Below, one piece after another: positions 1 through 13,106 of a stretch of 64,000 nucleotides of DNA. The notes beneath the pieces are model-generated. The model did no database searches and had not been told where the DNA came from. It worked only from the letters and a program-made list of their open reading frames with translations. Position 1 is the stretch's first letter, and every line of letters starts with the position of its first letter. A program made the position numbers and the translations under genes. This DNA comes from Malacoraja senta (lineage: Eukaryota): assembly GCA_038087875.1 (NCBI GenBank), contig CM075993.1, forward strand, positions 11,224,001 to 11,288,000. Reading direction: 5' to 3'.

Positions 1-344
1 ACTGCGTATGTGCGGCGCGCGGCGTCGGATGTTTACGGACGTTGACGCACGGTGACGTAACCATGCGTCACCAGCGTGCGTCACCACGCGATACAGCGTG
101 CGTCGCCACCCCAATGCGTCAGCGTGCGTAAGCGATACATCACGCAGGTGGCGCGCGAGGATTTCGGTACACTCCGAAATCCTGGAGCGCCGCACGATAC
201 CGCACGCCACTACACGCGAATCCACGCCTCACCATGCGCTATGCGCGCGTCACCCACGCGCCCCCCACTCGTCACGATGCCTAGACCAATTTTCTACATG
301 ACGCGTAAATGAGGCACAAATGACGCCCAAGTGGGACAGGCCCT
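1..344. mobile_element. PIF/Harbinger-like MITE, right end (left end outside the window)
   Basis: CpG-rich interior ending in GTGGGACAGGCCCT followed by TAA; same terminus as the complete copies at 11470 and 51579. Confidence 0.7.
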
Positions 345-689
345 TAACTCAGCGGGGCAGGTGTGAAGTGTTTAACTGTTAATTAACTGTTAATTAACTG
401 TTACTGTTTTTCGTTCCAACATGCATAAATGGAGACTGCCAGGCAAGCCCGATCACCCAACCTTTGGTCAGGGGGAGAATGTAAAACTCCGTCGTCAGGA
501 TCGAACCCGGGTCTCTTGCGCTGTGAGGCAGCAACTCTAACGCTGCGTCACCGTGCCATCCAGATACAGATAGTAGATTAAGAAACATGTGATGGTTAGT
601 GATATATATAAGTCATCTGGATGAAAATGAATGTAGTCTGATCACAGATGGCACAAACACTGGAGTTATGGATAGTGAAGAATGTTTTT

Positions 690-1064
690 GTTTTTTTTGT
701 TTTTTTTGTTTTGTTTTTGTTTTGTTTATTTTATTAGAAATTAATACAATACAAAACAATACAGTGGCACCTAATTTTAGGTGCCAACTATGTCATAACG
801 TAATGCATTCTATGTACAACCTCTAGTTTTATGTTTTTGAAAAGGAGGTAAAAATAAAAAAAAAGAAAGAAAAAAATAATAGAGAAAAGAAAGAGGAAAA
901 ATAAATAGTAGAAAATAGAAAAACGTGAAGTGTGTATATAAGAAAAGAAAAAATAGAAAGTAGAAATAGTAGAAAAAGACCCTTAAAAAAGAAATTTTCA
1001 AATCTTTGTTTGGAGATGTAAATTTATCCACGACCTGACCTGAAATCAGTAATCTTTACGGTAC
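690..1064 (-). mobile_element. 5'-truncated poly(A)-tailed retrotransposon 3' end (L1-like)
   Basis: T-rich tail on +; flanked by a 14-bp direct repeat tgaagaa(t/a)gttttt at 676-689 and 1065-1078; internal hairpin ggcacctaa-t-ttaggtgcc. Confidence 0.6.
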
Positions 1065-2311
1065 TGAAGAAAGTTTTTTTTAAAAACATTTTCTGTTTCG
1101 ATTTGAGATGGAGCCTTGGAGACACCAGGAACTGCAGATGCTGGAATCTTGAGTCAAATACAAAGTTCTGGAGGAACTCAGTAGGTCAGGCAGCCTCTGT
1201 GGAGGGAATAGACAGATGAGGTTTTGGGTCGGGATCCTTTTTCTGGTCTGACTCAGGATGAAGAATGGTCCTGACCCAATGCGATACGATACAATATGAT
1301 AGAACTTTATTTATCCCAGGAGGGAAATTGATCAGCCAACAGTCATAAAAGCACAAAATACACAAAACACATGAAACATTAAATTAAAGTGATGAGTGGA
1401 AAGGCTTGGGGGATGTGCAAAGATTGAGGTGGGGGGTGGGGGGGTGGGGGGGGAGTCAGTCTCAGTCTACACCATGACAGAAGGGGGAGAGGTTGTAAAG
1501 TTCAACATAATTTGTCCATTCCCTCCATAAGACACGGAATAGTGATCAACTTCAGGAAGCCAAGCGGTACCCATACCCCAGTTTTCATTAACGTTGCCAA
1601 AGTAGGTTGAAAACTTCAAGTTCCTGGGCTTCAATATCACCAACAACTTCTCATGAACCACCCATATTGAAGCTATTTCTTTGATGACCCTCGGACTATC
1701 CTTGATCGGACTTTGCTGGCTATCTTGCACTAAGCATTATTCCCCTATATATTGTAAATGGGTGTAAATGGACAAATTTTAACATGTCTTATCTTTCTGC
1801 TGACTGGATAGCACGCAACAATAGCTTTTCACTGTACCTCGGTACACGTAAACTAAACTGAACTGAAACACAGAAGCTGCCTATCCCGCAGAATTCCTCC
1901 AGCACTTTGTGAATCAGAAAGGGCCATATTTCTTTTTAATTTGATGATAATTTATATTAGCCTGACCACTCCCGGGAGATATTTTCTATATTAAAGCTTT
2001 ATATTGTAGACATTGATGCGTTTTTTTCTTTTAACAAGCAATTCCTTGATAGCTTTGAAGAATTAAGAGATTTTGGATGTACTGTAAGATGTGGCCCTCA
2101 AGACTTAAAATTCTAAATGAAAGTGGTCTTAAAATTGAGTTGCTGCTTGGAGTTTTGCTTCTTTCACAAAGCTTCAATTGAGATAAATTAGTGTCAATTA
2201 ATTTTCTTCCAGTTTATTCAGTTCCTTCCTTAGACAACCCAAACACACCTAAAAAAAAGATGACCAGCTGACTGTAGAACATAGAACAGTACATGCTGGA
2301 ACAGGCTCTTC

Positions 2312-3780
2312 AGACAATAGACAATAGACAATAGGCGCAGGAGTAGGCCATTCGGCCCTTCGAGCCAGCACTGCCATTCAATGTGATCATGGCTGATTAT
2401 CCCCAATCAGTACCCCGTTCCTGCCTTCTCCCCATATCCCCTGACTCGGCTATCTTTAAGAGCTCTATCTAACTCTCTCTTGAAAGCATCCAGAGAACCA
2501 GCCTCCACCTCCCTCTGAGACAGAGAATTCCACAGACTCACCACTCTCTGTGTGAAAAAGTATTTCCTCATCTCCATTCTAAATGGCTTACCCCTTATTC
2601 TTAAACTGTGGCCCCGGGTTCTGGACATCGGCAACATGTTTCCTGCCTCTAGAGTGTCCAAACCCTTAATAATCTTTTATGTTTCAATAAGATCACCTCT
2701 CATCCTTCTAAACTCCAGAGTGTACATGCCCAGCTGCTCCATTCTCTCAGCATATGACAGTCCCGCCATCCCGGGAATTAACCTTGTAAACCTACGCTGC
2801 ACTCCCTCAATAGAAAGAATGTCCTTCCTCAAATTTGGAGACCAAAACTGCACACAATACTCCAGGTGTGGTCTCACTCGGGCCCTGTACAACTGCAGAA
2901 GGACCTCTTTGCTCCTATACTCAACTCCTCGTGTCATGAAGGCCAACATGCCATTCGCTTTCTTCACTGCCTGCTGTACCTGCATCCTTACTTTCAGTGA
3001 CTGATGAACAAGGACCCCCAGATCCCATTGTACTTCCCCTTTTCCCAATTTGACACCATTTAGATAATAATCTGCCTTCCTGTTTTTGCCACCAAAGTGG
3101 ATAACCTCACATTTATCCACATTAAACTGCATCTGCCATGCATCTGCACCCAACCTGTCCAAGTCACCCTGCATCTTCATAGCATCCTCCTCACAGTTCA
3201 CACTGCCACCCAGCTTTGTGTCATCTGCAAATTTGCTAATGTTACTTTTAACCCCTTCATCTAAATCATTAATATATATTGTAAATAGCTGTGGTCCCAG
3301 CACCGAGCCTTGCGGTTGCCCCACTAGTCACTGCCTGCCATTCTGAAGGGGACCCGTTAATCCCTACTCTTTGTTTCCTGTCTGCTAACCAATTTTCTAT
3401 CCATAATAATAATAATAATAATGGATTGGATTTATATAGCGCCTTTCTAATACCCAAGGCGCTTTACATCGCATTATTCATTCACTCCTCAGTCACACTC
3501 GGTGGTGGTGAGCTACTTCTGTAGCCACAGCTGCCCTGGGGAAGACTGACGGAAGCGTGGCTGCTAATCTGCGCCTACGGCCCCTCCGACCACCACCAAT
3601 CACTCACACGCATTCACACAGATTCACACGCAGGCAAAGGTGGGTGAAGTGTCTTGCCCAAGGACACAACGACAGTATGCACTCCAAGCGGGATTCGAAC
3701 CGGCTACCTTCCAGTTGCCAGCCGAACACTTAGCCCATTGCGCCATCTGTCGTCCTCGTCAGCACTCTACCCCCAATGTC
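2312..3780 (-). mobile_element. CR1-clade LINE (HER1-like) 3' part with RT domain, interrupted by a SINE
   Basis: ORFs 2677-3324 and 2407-2661 encode PQGSVLGPQLF...KFADDTKL...[11 protein letters not shown]; (TCTATTG)n tail; frameshifted. Confidence 0.92.
3404..3755 (-). mobile_element. tRNA-derived CORE-type SINE with L2-like tail, nested in CR1
   Basis: Minus strand: tRNA-like head with GGTTCGAATCC B box, CORE-like gtgtccttgggcaagacacttcacc, tail gtaaagcgccttgggtattagaaaggcgctatataaat + (ATT)n. Confidence 0.8.
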
Positions 3781-4416
3781 GGTGCCCAACATAAGAGCAG
3801 CACGGTGGCACAGCAGTAGAGTTGCTGCCTTACAGCGGCAGAGACCCAGGTTCAATCCTGACCACGGGTGCTGTCTGTACGGAGTTTGTACGTTCTCCCC
3901 GTGACCGTGTGCGTTTTCTCTGAGATCTTCGGTTTCCTCTCGTTGTAGCACATACGCCACTAATCCAGGCATCACTTGGTTACTCAGCGGGTCAGGCAGC
4001 ATCTCTGAAGAACAGGCAGCATCTCTGAAGATCGGTGACGCTTCGAATTGGGACCCTTCTGCAGAGGGACAAAGAAAGCTGGGAGGAGGGTCAGGACAAA
4101 GTCTGGCAGGTAATAGATGGATACAGGAGAGGGGGGGGGGTGGTGGTTTATAGGCAGATGGGGGAACAAAGGCCAGAGGAAAAGACAGAAGCTGTGAGAT
4201 AAAAGGATTGAAGTGTTGCAAATTGTGAAGCTAGAGGAAGGGGAGGGGTAGGGTGCAAATACGTGCAAGTCCAGGTGGGGTCACTGCGGAGAGGAGAGAG
4301 GGAGAAAGATTTGGAGTGGAGAGAAGGGGAGGTTGGGGGAAGGAGGGGGAGGGGAAGGGAGGTTTTGTCAGAATCTAAAATTAGAGAATTCAGTTTTCAT
4401 ACCATTGTGTTGTAAG

Positions 4417-4557
4417 GTGGGAGATTGCAACCTTCACGTGGTCCACCCTGTTTCGACGAATGCAATCAACCCGGCGTGCACAATCAAGTAAGATCAAATA
4501 GGACAAGTTGTCCTACAACCTTAGGCTGTGCACGCCATACACAAGAAGAAGAAGAAG
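4417..4557 (+). mobile_element. Short (GAA)n-tailed retroposon inserted in a Penelope fragment
   Basis: Interrupts Penelope sequence (tgtaag|caacccaag); partial second copy on - at ~63495-63595. Confidence 0.6.
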
Positions 4558-4945
4558 CAACCCAAGTGGAATATGAGGTGCTGTTCCTCCAGTTTGCATG
4601 TGGCTTCATGCTGTCAATGGAGGAAGCCCAGGACGGAAAGGTCAGTGTGGGAATGGGAAGAGGAGATGAAATGGTTATCTGCCAGGAGATCCTGTAGGCC
4701 TAGGCGGATCGAACGCAAGTGCTGGGAGAAGCGGTCGCCGAGTCTATGCCTGGTCTCGCCGATGCAGAGGAGTCCACATCAGGAATGCCAGAGGCAGTTA
4801 GATGAGGTTAGAAGAGGTGCTCGTGAACCTCTGTCCCTGGATGGAGGTGAGGGGAGAGGTAGAGGGACAGGTGTTGCATCACGAAGGCTGGCTCTGTCCT
4901 GGGGGCGGAGTTGGAGTTGGATTCATGGGAGGTTGGTCTTGGAGG

Positions 4946-5307
4946 GGAGGATGCTCCTCAAACTGAGGAGCATCCTGGACAATACAGCTCACCCCCTCCA
5001 TGACACACTGGTCAACCTGAGGAGCACCTTCAGCAACAGACTGGTTCCACCAAGATGCAGCACAGAACGCCACAGGAGATACTTCTTCCCTCTGGCTATC
5101 AAACTGTACAACTCCTCCCCCCTCTGTCGTGGGGTAGACTGACTCCCCTCCATTCCCCTCCCCTCCCTACCCCCTCCCAATCTTTGCACATCCCCAATCC
5201 TTTCCACTCGTCACTTTAATTTATTTTTTCATGGATCTTGTTGTGTTTTATGACTGTTGGCAGATCAATTTCCCTCCTGGGATAAATAAAGTTCTATCGT
5301 ATCGTAT
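4946..5307 (+). mobile_element. Rex1/Babar-clade LINE 3' end
   Basis: LLKLRSILDNTAHPLH...RRYFFPLAIKLYNSS*; tail aataaagttctatcgtatcgtat; matching tail on - at ~1280-1500. Confidence 0.75.
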
Positions 5308-5609
5308 GTTCTGCCATTGTAGGGGAAAGTACCTTAGGAGGGGGGTAGTTTGGATGGGAAGGGATGAGTGAACCAAGGAGATGTGGGAGTGGTCCCTGCA
5401 GATTGCGGAAAGGGGTGGAGATGGGTAGACATGAACAGTGGTGAGATCATGTTGGGGATGTCAGAGAATGATTCTGGTAAACCTACTCTCCGCCTCTCGG
5501 CCCTCTCCCTGCTTTCTATTAGTTAATAAATCCTAAAGAAGGGTTCCGACCCAAAACGTTGCCCATCCTTACAGATGCTACCTGACCTGCTGAGTTACTC
5601 CGGCACTTT

Positions 5610-5925
5610 TAGTTTAGTTTAGTTTAGAGATACAGCGCGAAAACAGGCCCTTCAGTCCACTGGGTCTGCGCCGACCAGCGATCCCCGCACATTAACACTA
5701 TCCTACACCCACTAGGGACAATTTTTACATTTACCAAGCCAATTAACCTACAAACCTGTACGTCTTTGGAGTGTGGGAGGAAACCGAAGATCTTGGAGAA
5801 AACCCACGCGGATCACAGGGAGAACGTACAAACTCCGTACGGACAGAACCCGTAGTCAGGATCGAACCTGGGACACCGGCGCTGCAAGCACTGTACGGCA
5901 GCAACTCTACCGCTGCGCCACCGTG
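5610..5925 (-). mobile_element. HE1-like V-SINE (representative near-full-length copy)
   Basis: tRNA-like head (ggtggcgcagcggtagag...ggttcgatcc), V-like core gagtttgtacgttctccc...ggtttcctcccacactccaaagac, CR1-like tail with (CTAAA)n. Further copies at ~6455, 8670, 15372, 19525, 20247, 24660, 41590, 47935, 50940, 57335. Confidence 0.85.
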
Positions 5926-7635
5926 GCCATCTTCGGTATAAACCAGCAACAGCAGTTCGTTCCTACACATAATAAATACTGATCTCAATTAGATCGGGAT
6001 AAATAAGGGCCTGAACTCAGAAGTGTGTCAGGTATTATTTGAGAATTGCTAACACTGGGTTTCAGATCCGCACACATTCAAAATTGACAACTGTTGAATA
6101 ATTTGATTCAGCAATTCGGGATCTGAGGCAATGCTGCTGTTCTGAAACATTTCTGATTGAAGAGGCAAGAACAAGTAAGGCTTTGGAAGTTACAGGGGAT
6201 AAATATTTGAATCTTTCTGATCTGTGCCACTGAATGATATATCACACTGTGCATTCACCGCACTGGAGCCATTGAAAGGGCAGCATGAAACCCCCTGGAA
6301 ACACTACAAAATGTTGTCCATATTTTGTCCATTTCATTTCAAAATCCTAAATCCAGCCGTTGTTCTGCAAAGAGTTTTGTCAACGTTCAGCGTAGACACA
6401 AGGAACTGGGATCATTATTATTATCAAATTGGATGCATTAATTGATACTCAACGCCTCTGTAGAGATGCTGCCTCACAGCGGCAGAGACCCGTGTTTGAT
6501 CCTGACCTCGCGTGCTATCTGTGTGGAGTTTGTACGTTCTCCCTGTGACCCCGTGGGTTTCCTTCGGGTGCTCAGGTTTCCTCCCACATCCCAAAGACGT
6601 GCGGGTTTGTCGGTTAATTGTCGGTTTTCCACTGTGCAGGGGAGTGAATGAGAAAGTGGAATAATATGGAACTAGTGTGAATGGGTGATCGATGGTTAGC
6701 ATGGACTCGGTAGGCCGAAGGGCCTGTTTCAAGGGATATGAGGAGAAGGCAGGCACGGGTTATTGATTAGGGACGATCAGCCATGATCACAATGGTGCTG
6801 GCTCGAAGGGCCGAATGGCCTCCTCCTGCACCTAATTTCTATGTGTTTAAGAAGGAACTGCAGATGCTAGAAAATCGAAGGTAGAGAAAAGTGCTGTCTG
6901 AAGAAGGGTTTTGGCCCAAAACGGTGCCTATTTCCTTCGCTCCATAGATGCTGCTGCACCCGCTGAGTTTCTCCAGCACTTTTGTCTACCTATTTTCTAT
7001 GTTGCTATGTTTCAACGCTGTATCTATCAATGGATCAATCAATGTCTTCCTAAAATGACAAATTATCTACTTGGGTCCTATTGCCACGGCACAAAGGATT
7101 TTTTTAAAGAAGATGACATTGCAACTACAAGAGGCTGAAACAGCAGCCTAGTTTTGAAAGCCTATAGATTTATTTGGAGATATCACATGACACAGCATGG
7201 TGTCGGTTTGAATTTTAACACTTCAAGAGACCTGGACTTAACTCATTCAGTTCTCCTTATCCTGTAAGACAAATGGCTGACAAATCTTGACTGGTATGAC
7301 AAGTCCATTCAGTTTAGTTTAGTTTAGAGATACAGCGCGGAAACAGGCCCATCGGCCCACCGAGTCCACGCCAACCAGCGAACACCGCATATTAACACAC
7401 AAACATCCATCACAGTGAGGAGGTGTTTGGAGATTCACTGAGATGGATGTGTGTGTGGAATTGTGTTAATTGTGTGTTTGTTTGTTTTTTGCTGTTATTT
7501 TGACTGCAGGGAACGACATTTCATCCAAACCTTTGTTTGTTTGAATGACAATAAAGGTATTCTAATTCTAATTAACACTATCCTGCACATTGTAGGGACA
7601 ATTTACATTTATACCAAGTTAATTAACCTACAAAC

Positions 7636-8363
7636 CAGGCACGGAAATCACTATCAAAATATGGAGGGGACTGGGGGACAGGGGGGGACATACACACGCA
7701 CACACACACGCGAGTCTTCGGAGGCTCAATCCAACTTTGCCTGTCCCGCCTGGTTAACCTACAGCCCTGCCTGGCGGACGGGATACCAGCGCTGCTTCTC
7801 CGCGCTGGCTGTAAACCTGGGCCATATTTCCCGCAATTCCAGGCAGGTCTGTAGGGTTAACCAGGCGGGACAGGCAAAGTTGAGCTGGGTTTTGCGCTGC
7901 TTCTCTGCACTGGCTGTGGGCCTGGGGGTACAGCTCCCGTCTGACACCTGACCTCTCTGCCCACCCGTGGGGGGGGGGGGGGGGGCACTCGGGTGGGGAC
8001 GGGACAGCGCCGGAGAGCCGGGATCGATCCTGGCTGTGGATGAGGCGCAGGTCTGTGTTTTGGCACGTCTCCCTCCTCCAATCACCGCACTGTATCCTCA
8101 GTCCCACCCCCCACCCGCCCACTCCTTCCTCCTCCAATCATCGCGCTGAATCATCATGTCCCGCCCTCATTGCCTGCTGACCGACGTCTCTCTCATCCAA
8201 TCGGCGCCCTCGATCATCAGTCCCACCCCCACTGTCTTGCGGAAAGCGGAGATTTCACCGGGTTTTACAATCCGGATTACAAAAACTTGGGGGGATCGTC
8301 CCCCACTTCTCAAAACAGAGGGGGGACGTGTCCCCCCTGGCCCCCCCGGGATTTCCGCCCCTG
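7636..8363. mobile_element. Non-autonomous hAT-like MITE inserted in an HE1-like SINE
   Basis: Imperfect 14-bp TIRs CAGGCACGGAAATC / GATTTCCGCCCCTG; the SINE sequence (aacctacaaac...ctgtacgtctt) is split around it; TSD degraded. Confidence 0.65.
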
Positions 8364-10207
8364 CGAAACCTGTACGTCTTTGGATTGTGGGAGGAAACCA
8401 GAGATCCAGGAGAAAACACACGTGGTGCAGCCAGAAGGCAAGGAGAAGCCCCTTTAGACATTGGAACAGGGGCTGCGACCTCACACACCCCATGTACACG
8501 TGGACTGAATCCACGCTGAATACTCATCAATTACGCACACTATGATGCAATACTTCATAAGTTCATGTTATAGGAGCAGAATTAGGCCATTCGGCCCATC
8601 TGAACCTTCTGAACCTAAATGTTGTAGTCGGCAGGGCAGTACTCTGCATATCGCCAACTTGGACAATTTTACACTTTTTTTATCAAGCCAATTAACCTAC
8701 AAACCTGCACGTCTTTGGAGTGTGGGAGGGAGGAAACTGAAGTTCTCGGAGAAAACCCACGCAGATCATGGGGAGAACGTACAAACTCCATACAGACAGC
8801 ACCCGTAGTCGGGATCGAACCTGGGTCTCTGGCGCTGCATTTTGCTGTAAGGCAGCAACTCTACCGCTGTGCCACCGTGACTGCATCGTCCACTCTGCTG
8901 TTCAATCATAGCTGATCTATCTTCTTCTCTCAACCTCATTCTCCTGCCTTCTCCCCATAACCCCTGACACCCGCACTAATCAACAGTCCATCTATCTCTG
9001 CCTATAGAATCTATCTGTGTCTGTGGCAATGAATTCCACTGTGATCAGCTGCTCATCAACACCATATACAGCAAATCCACTGACATCACATGTTGAGTAT
9101 TTGGTGATACTAGTGTGTTGTGAATTCCCTGCTAATCCACACTGCACATCCTACTTTTAATGTCTTTTAATTTTTTGTGTGTTTTTTATAGTCCTTCGTT
9201 TTACGGTTTTTTAATGGTTTTTAATTGTTTGTAATAGCTTTTTGTTCGTGATTTCTCATGTACAGCACTTTGTGGCAACTGTGGTTGTTTAAAGTGCTTT
9301 ATAAATAAAGTTATTATTATTATTATTATTATTATATTACAAGTAAGTGACACTCGACGAGAGTAGGGAAATCGAGGAGCAGAGGACAGGTTCAAGGTGA
9401 AGGGGAAAAGATTTAATGGGAATCCGAGGGGTAACTTTTTCACACAAAGGGTGGTGGGTGTATGGAACCAGCTGCCAGATGAGGTAGTTGAGGCTGGGAC
9501 TATCCCAACGTTTGAGAAACAGTCAGACAGGATATGGACCAAGTGCAGGCAGGTGGGACTAGTGTAGATGGGACATGTTGGCCAGTGTGGGCAAGTTGGG
9601 CCAAAGGGCCTGTTTCCACACTGTATCACTCTATGACTATGACCCGACTGACTCCCGACTGACTCCGGAAAGAGAATTCTTACTTAAAATATCCGTTGCT
9701 TTGCTCATCCTTCGTGTAAAACTGAGCAAATAATACATTGTGAAACTGCCCTCTGAATCCTTGATAACAAGGTTACAAACCACAGTGGGAATCAACAAGT
9801 ACATTCACACAGTGTGTAGGAAGGAACTGCAGGTGCTGGTTTACATCGAAGATAGACACAAAATGCTGGAGTAACTCAGCGGGTCAGGCAGCATCTCTGG
9901 AGAGAAGGAATGGGTGACGTTTCGGGTCGAGACCCTTCTTCAGACTGTCAGGGGAGAGGGAGACTAGAGATGTGGATGGGTAAGGTGTGAAAACGACAGA
10001 TCAAAGCCGACGATGATACGGAAATGTTAGGATTCACTGCACTCATTCCTGGCTTAGACACAAAGTGCCTCAGCGGGCTATACCTTTCAATACCTCTAGT
10101 GACCTCTCCTCTGACTCTGAAGATGGGTCTTGGTCCAAAACGTCACCTATTTCTTTTCCCGCGTTCATAAGTTTTAGGAGCAGAATTCGGCCATTTAGCC
10201 CGTCAAG

Positions 10208-10520
10208 GGTCGGCGCGGTGGTACAGCGGGTGGAGCTGCTTCTTCACAGCATCAGAGACCTGGTTCGATCCTGACTACGGGTGCTGTCTGTACGGAGTTT
10301 GTACATTCTCCCGTGACCAGGGCGGGTTTTCTCCGGATGCTCCGGTTTCCTCCCACGCTCCAAAGACGTACAGGTTTTGTAGGCTAACGAGCTTGGCATC
10401 ATTGTAAATTGTCCCTAGTGTGTGTAGGACAGTGGTAATGTGCGGGGATCGCTGGGTGGCACAGACTCGGTGGGACGAAGGGCCTGTTTCCGCTCTGTAT
10501 CTCTAAACTAAGCTAAAACT
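10208..10520 (+). mobile_element. HE1-like V-SINE
   Basis: Same head, core and tail as the 5610 copy. Confidence 0.85.
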
Positions 10521-11469
10521 AGACTCAAAGAGGAAAAATCACATGGCAGATCTCAGGCTGGCCCAACGATGTACATAGGATGCACAGTAGCTGGTTGAAT
10601 AATGCAAACCAAACACAATTTGCAGAAAAGGCAGGAGGGATATGTACCTAAGTGCAGAATCGACGAACATTTAGCATAATTAACAGATTAGCAAGCCTTA
10701 CCTCGAGTGTAAATTAAGGTTGTTAATTAAAGCTCGCGTAGTCCATCACACACGCTAAGATCCTCCCAATGGTCGGATGTTAGGTCCAGCTCTGAAACTT
10801 CCTCTCATCACTCTGAATCCCTGTAGATATCTCCTGACTAGAACTGAAAACATTTGCACTTGTATAGGGGCGGTACGTAGGCGCAGGGATAGGGCAGCTG
10901 CCTCACAGCGCCAGAGACCCAGGATCGATTCTGACTTCCTGCACTGTCTGTTCAAAGGTGTCTAATGCAGTACACCTTTCATAATCATTGTCACACCTGC
11001 AGTTTCCACAGGAGATGGAGGAAGAAATGTATGCCCAATGGGTGGGGGAGCAGAGGAAAGAGGGGGGGGGAGCGGGCAGACCCAGGTTCGATTCTGACTA
11101 CGGGTGCTGTCTGTACGGAGTTTGCACGTTCTCCCTGTGAACGCTTTGGGTTTTCTCCTGGTACTCAGTTTCATCCCACACTCCAAGGACGTGCAGGTTT
11201 GTAGGTTGACACAAAATGCTGGCGTAACTCAGTGGGTCAGGCAGCATCTATGGAGAAAAGGAGTGGGGACATTTTGGGTCGAGACCATTCAGTCTGAAAA
11301 AGGGTCTCAACCCAAAACATCGCCTATTCCTTTTCTCCAGAGATGCTGCCTGACCCGCTGAGTTACTCCAGCATTTTGTGCCTTTCTTCAGTATAAACCA
11401 GCATCTGCAGTTCCTAACACAGGTTAAATGACTCCTGTGTGCCCCTACTGTATAGCGAGTGATGAGTAA

Positions 11470-12149
11470 AGGCCCTGTCCCACTTACGTGTCCTTGGCAT
11501 GCAAATTATGTGACCTCGTGGTTGCTTTGAGGCGCACGGGCATCGTGTGGCCGTGCGGGGCTGGTCCCATTTAGCACGGAGGGGTATGTAGTTGTGCGCG
11601 ACATCGCGCGGGGCTCCGAAATTTTTGTAGTGAACTAAATCTTCGCGCGCCTACGGCCTGTCACGGAACTGACGGCCAAAGTGGGACAGGCCCAACACCC
11701 TGGCACGACGCAACGTCTCACCTCCAACAGCAGCAGAGGCAGGCAAACGATCGCCGAGCTCGGCCTGGGGCTCACGGCCGTTGCGGATCCGGATCCTCCC
11801 CCACTTCTACTGCCAGAGCGGGGCCAAGAAAATTGAAGATGGACCCAAATTGCTGGAGTAACTCAGCGGGACCGGCAGCATCTCTGGAGAGAAGCAATGG
11901 GTGACGTTTAGGGTCAAGACCCTTCTTTTCAGACTGAAGGAGAGTCTCGACACAAAACGTCACCCATTGCTTCTCTCCAGAGATGCTGCCTGTCCTGCTG
12001 AGTTACTCCAGCTTTGTGTCCATCTTCAAAATGACATCACGCGCTCCAGACGGCTGTGCGGACGCATGAAATCGTGCCCGACCTTCGCGGGGACCGTTTA
12101 CGAGGTCGCGTAATTTGCGTGCCAAGGACACATAAGTGGGACAGGTCCT
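11470..12149. mobile_element. PIF/Harbinger-like MITE with nested Penelope-derived inverted dimer
   Basis: ~50-bp imperfect TIRs AGGCCCTGTCCCACTTACGTGTCC.../...GGACACATAAGTGGGACAGGTCCT; TAA TSD at 11467-11469 and 12150-12152. Confidence 0.85.
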
Positions 12150-13106
12150 TAAGTGGGATAATGTCAAACTGGTTTACGGGTTATCGATGGCTGGCGTGGA
12201 CTCGGTGGGCCGAATGGCCTGTTTCACATTGTATCTTTAAACTTAAAGGAAGGCCATGTGAGGAACCAGACATGAATCGACAACTCACTGTGAATCACTG
12301 GTGATGATACAGTTCTGTGCACCATGCTATGGGAAGGATGTTGTCAAGCTGGAAAGGGTACAGAGAAGATTTACCAGGATGTTGCCAGGACTCGAGGGTC
12401 TGAGCTACAGGGAGAGGTTGAGTAGGCTGGGACTCTATTCCTTGGAGCGCAGGAGGATGAGGGGTGATCTTATAGAGGTGTATAAAATCATGAGAGGAAT
12501 AGATCGGGCAGGTGTTCAGAGTCTCTTGCCCAGCGTAGGTGAATCAAGAACCTGATGACATAGGTATTAGGTGAAGGGGAAAATATTTAAAAGGAATCTG
12601 AGGCTTCACACAAAGGGTGGCGGGTGTATGGAATAAGCTTTCTCAGGAACGCCGGAGGTTGAGGAGAGACATGATAGAAGTCCACATGCTGGAAGTACTG
12701 CAGCACACCTGACCCAGGTGTGCCGCAGGTAAGCCCAGGTAAGCCGCAGGTAAGCTCCAAGCTGCCGCATGCCCACGAACCCCATGTCCCTCTCCCTGCA
12801 CTACCTCCATTGTGTTCCGGGGGTGCCTCCTGCAGCCACCCTTGCAGGCGCTGGAGGCAATACCCCGCTCCCTCTGCCACCGGCCCACTCCTCATGTCCA
12901 TCATCACCAGCGGCTCCCTTCTCCTCCACACTCTGGTTTTCGGGGCTTCCGAGCTTACCTCCCATGGGCGGCAGCTTCTCGGCAGCGGGCGAACCACGCC
13001 TGCCGCCAAACCTGGTCGGTGGGTCTCCGTTCTCGGCAGCAGGCGCCTCGTCTGCATACTGCCGGGGATGGCGGTGAAGGCGGCTACAAGAGTAATAGTC
13101 ACAGGG

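Noticed and set aside
1..345. CpG island or promoter at the window start
   Set aside because: Ends in a Harbinger-type TIR plus TAA, so it is a MITE interior
5860..5925. tRNA-like sequences with A and B boxes
   Set aside because: They are SINE heads continuing into V-core and LINE-like tails, not complete cloverleaf tRNA genes
10702..10821. Minus-strand exon candidate with GAG|GTAAGG donor
   Set aside because: Stop codons in all three frames
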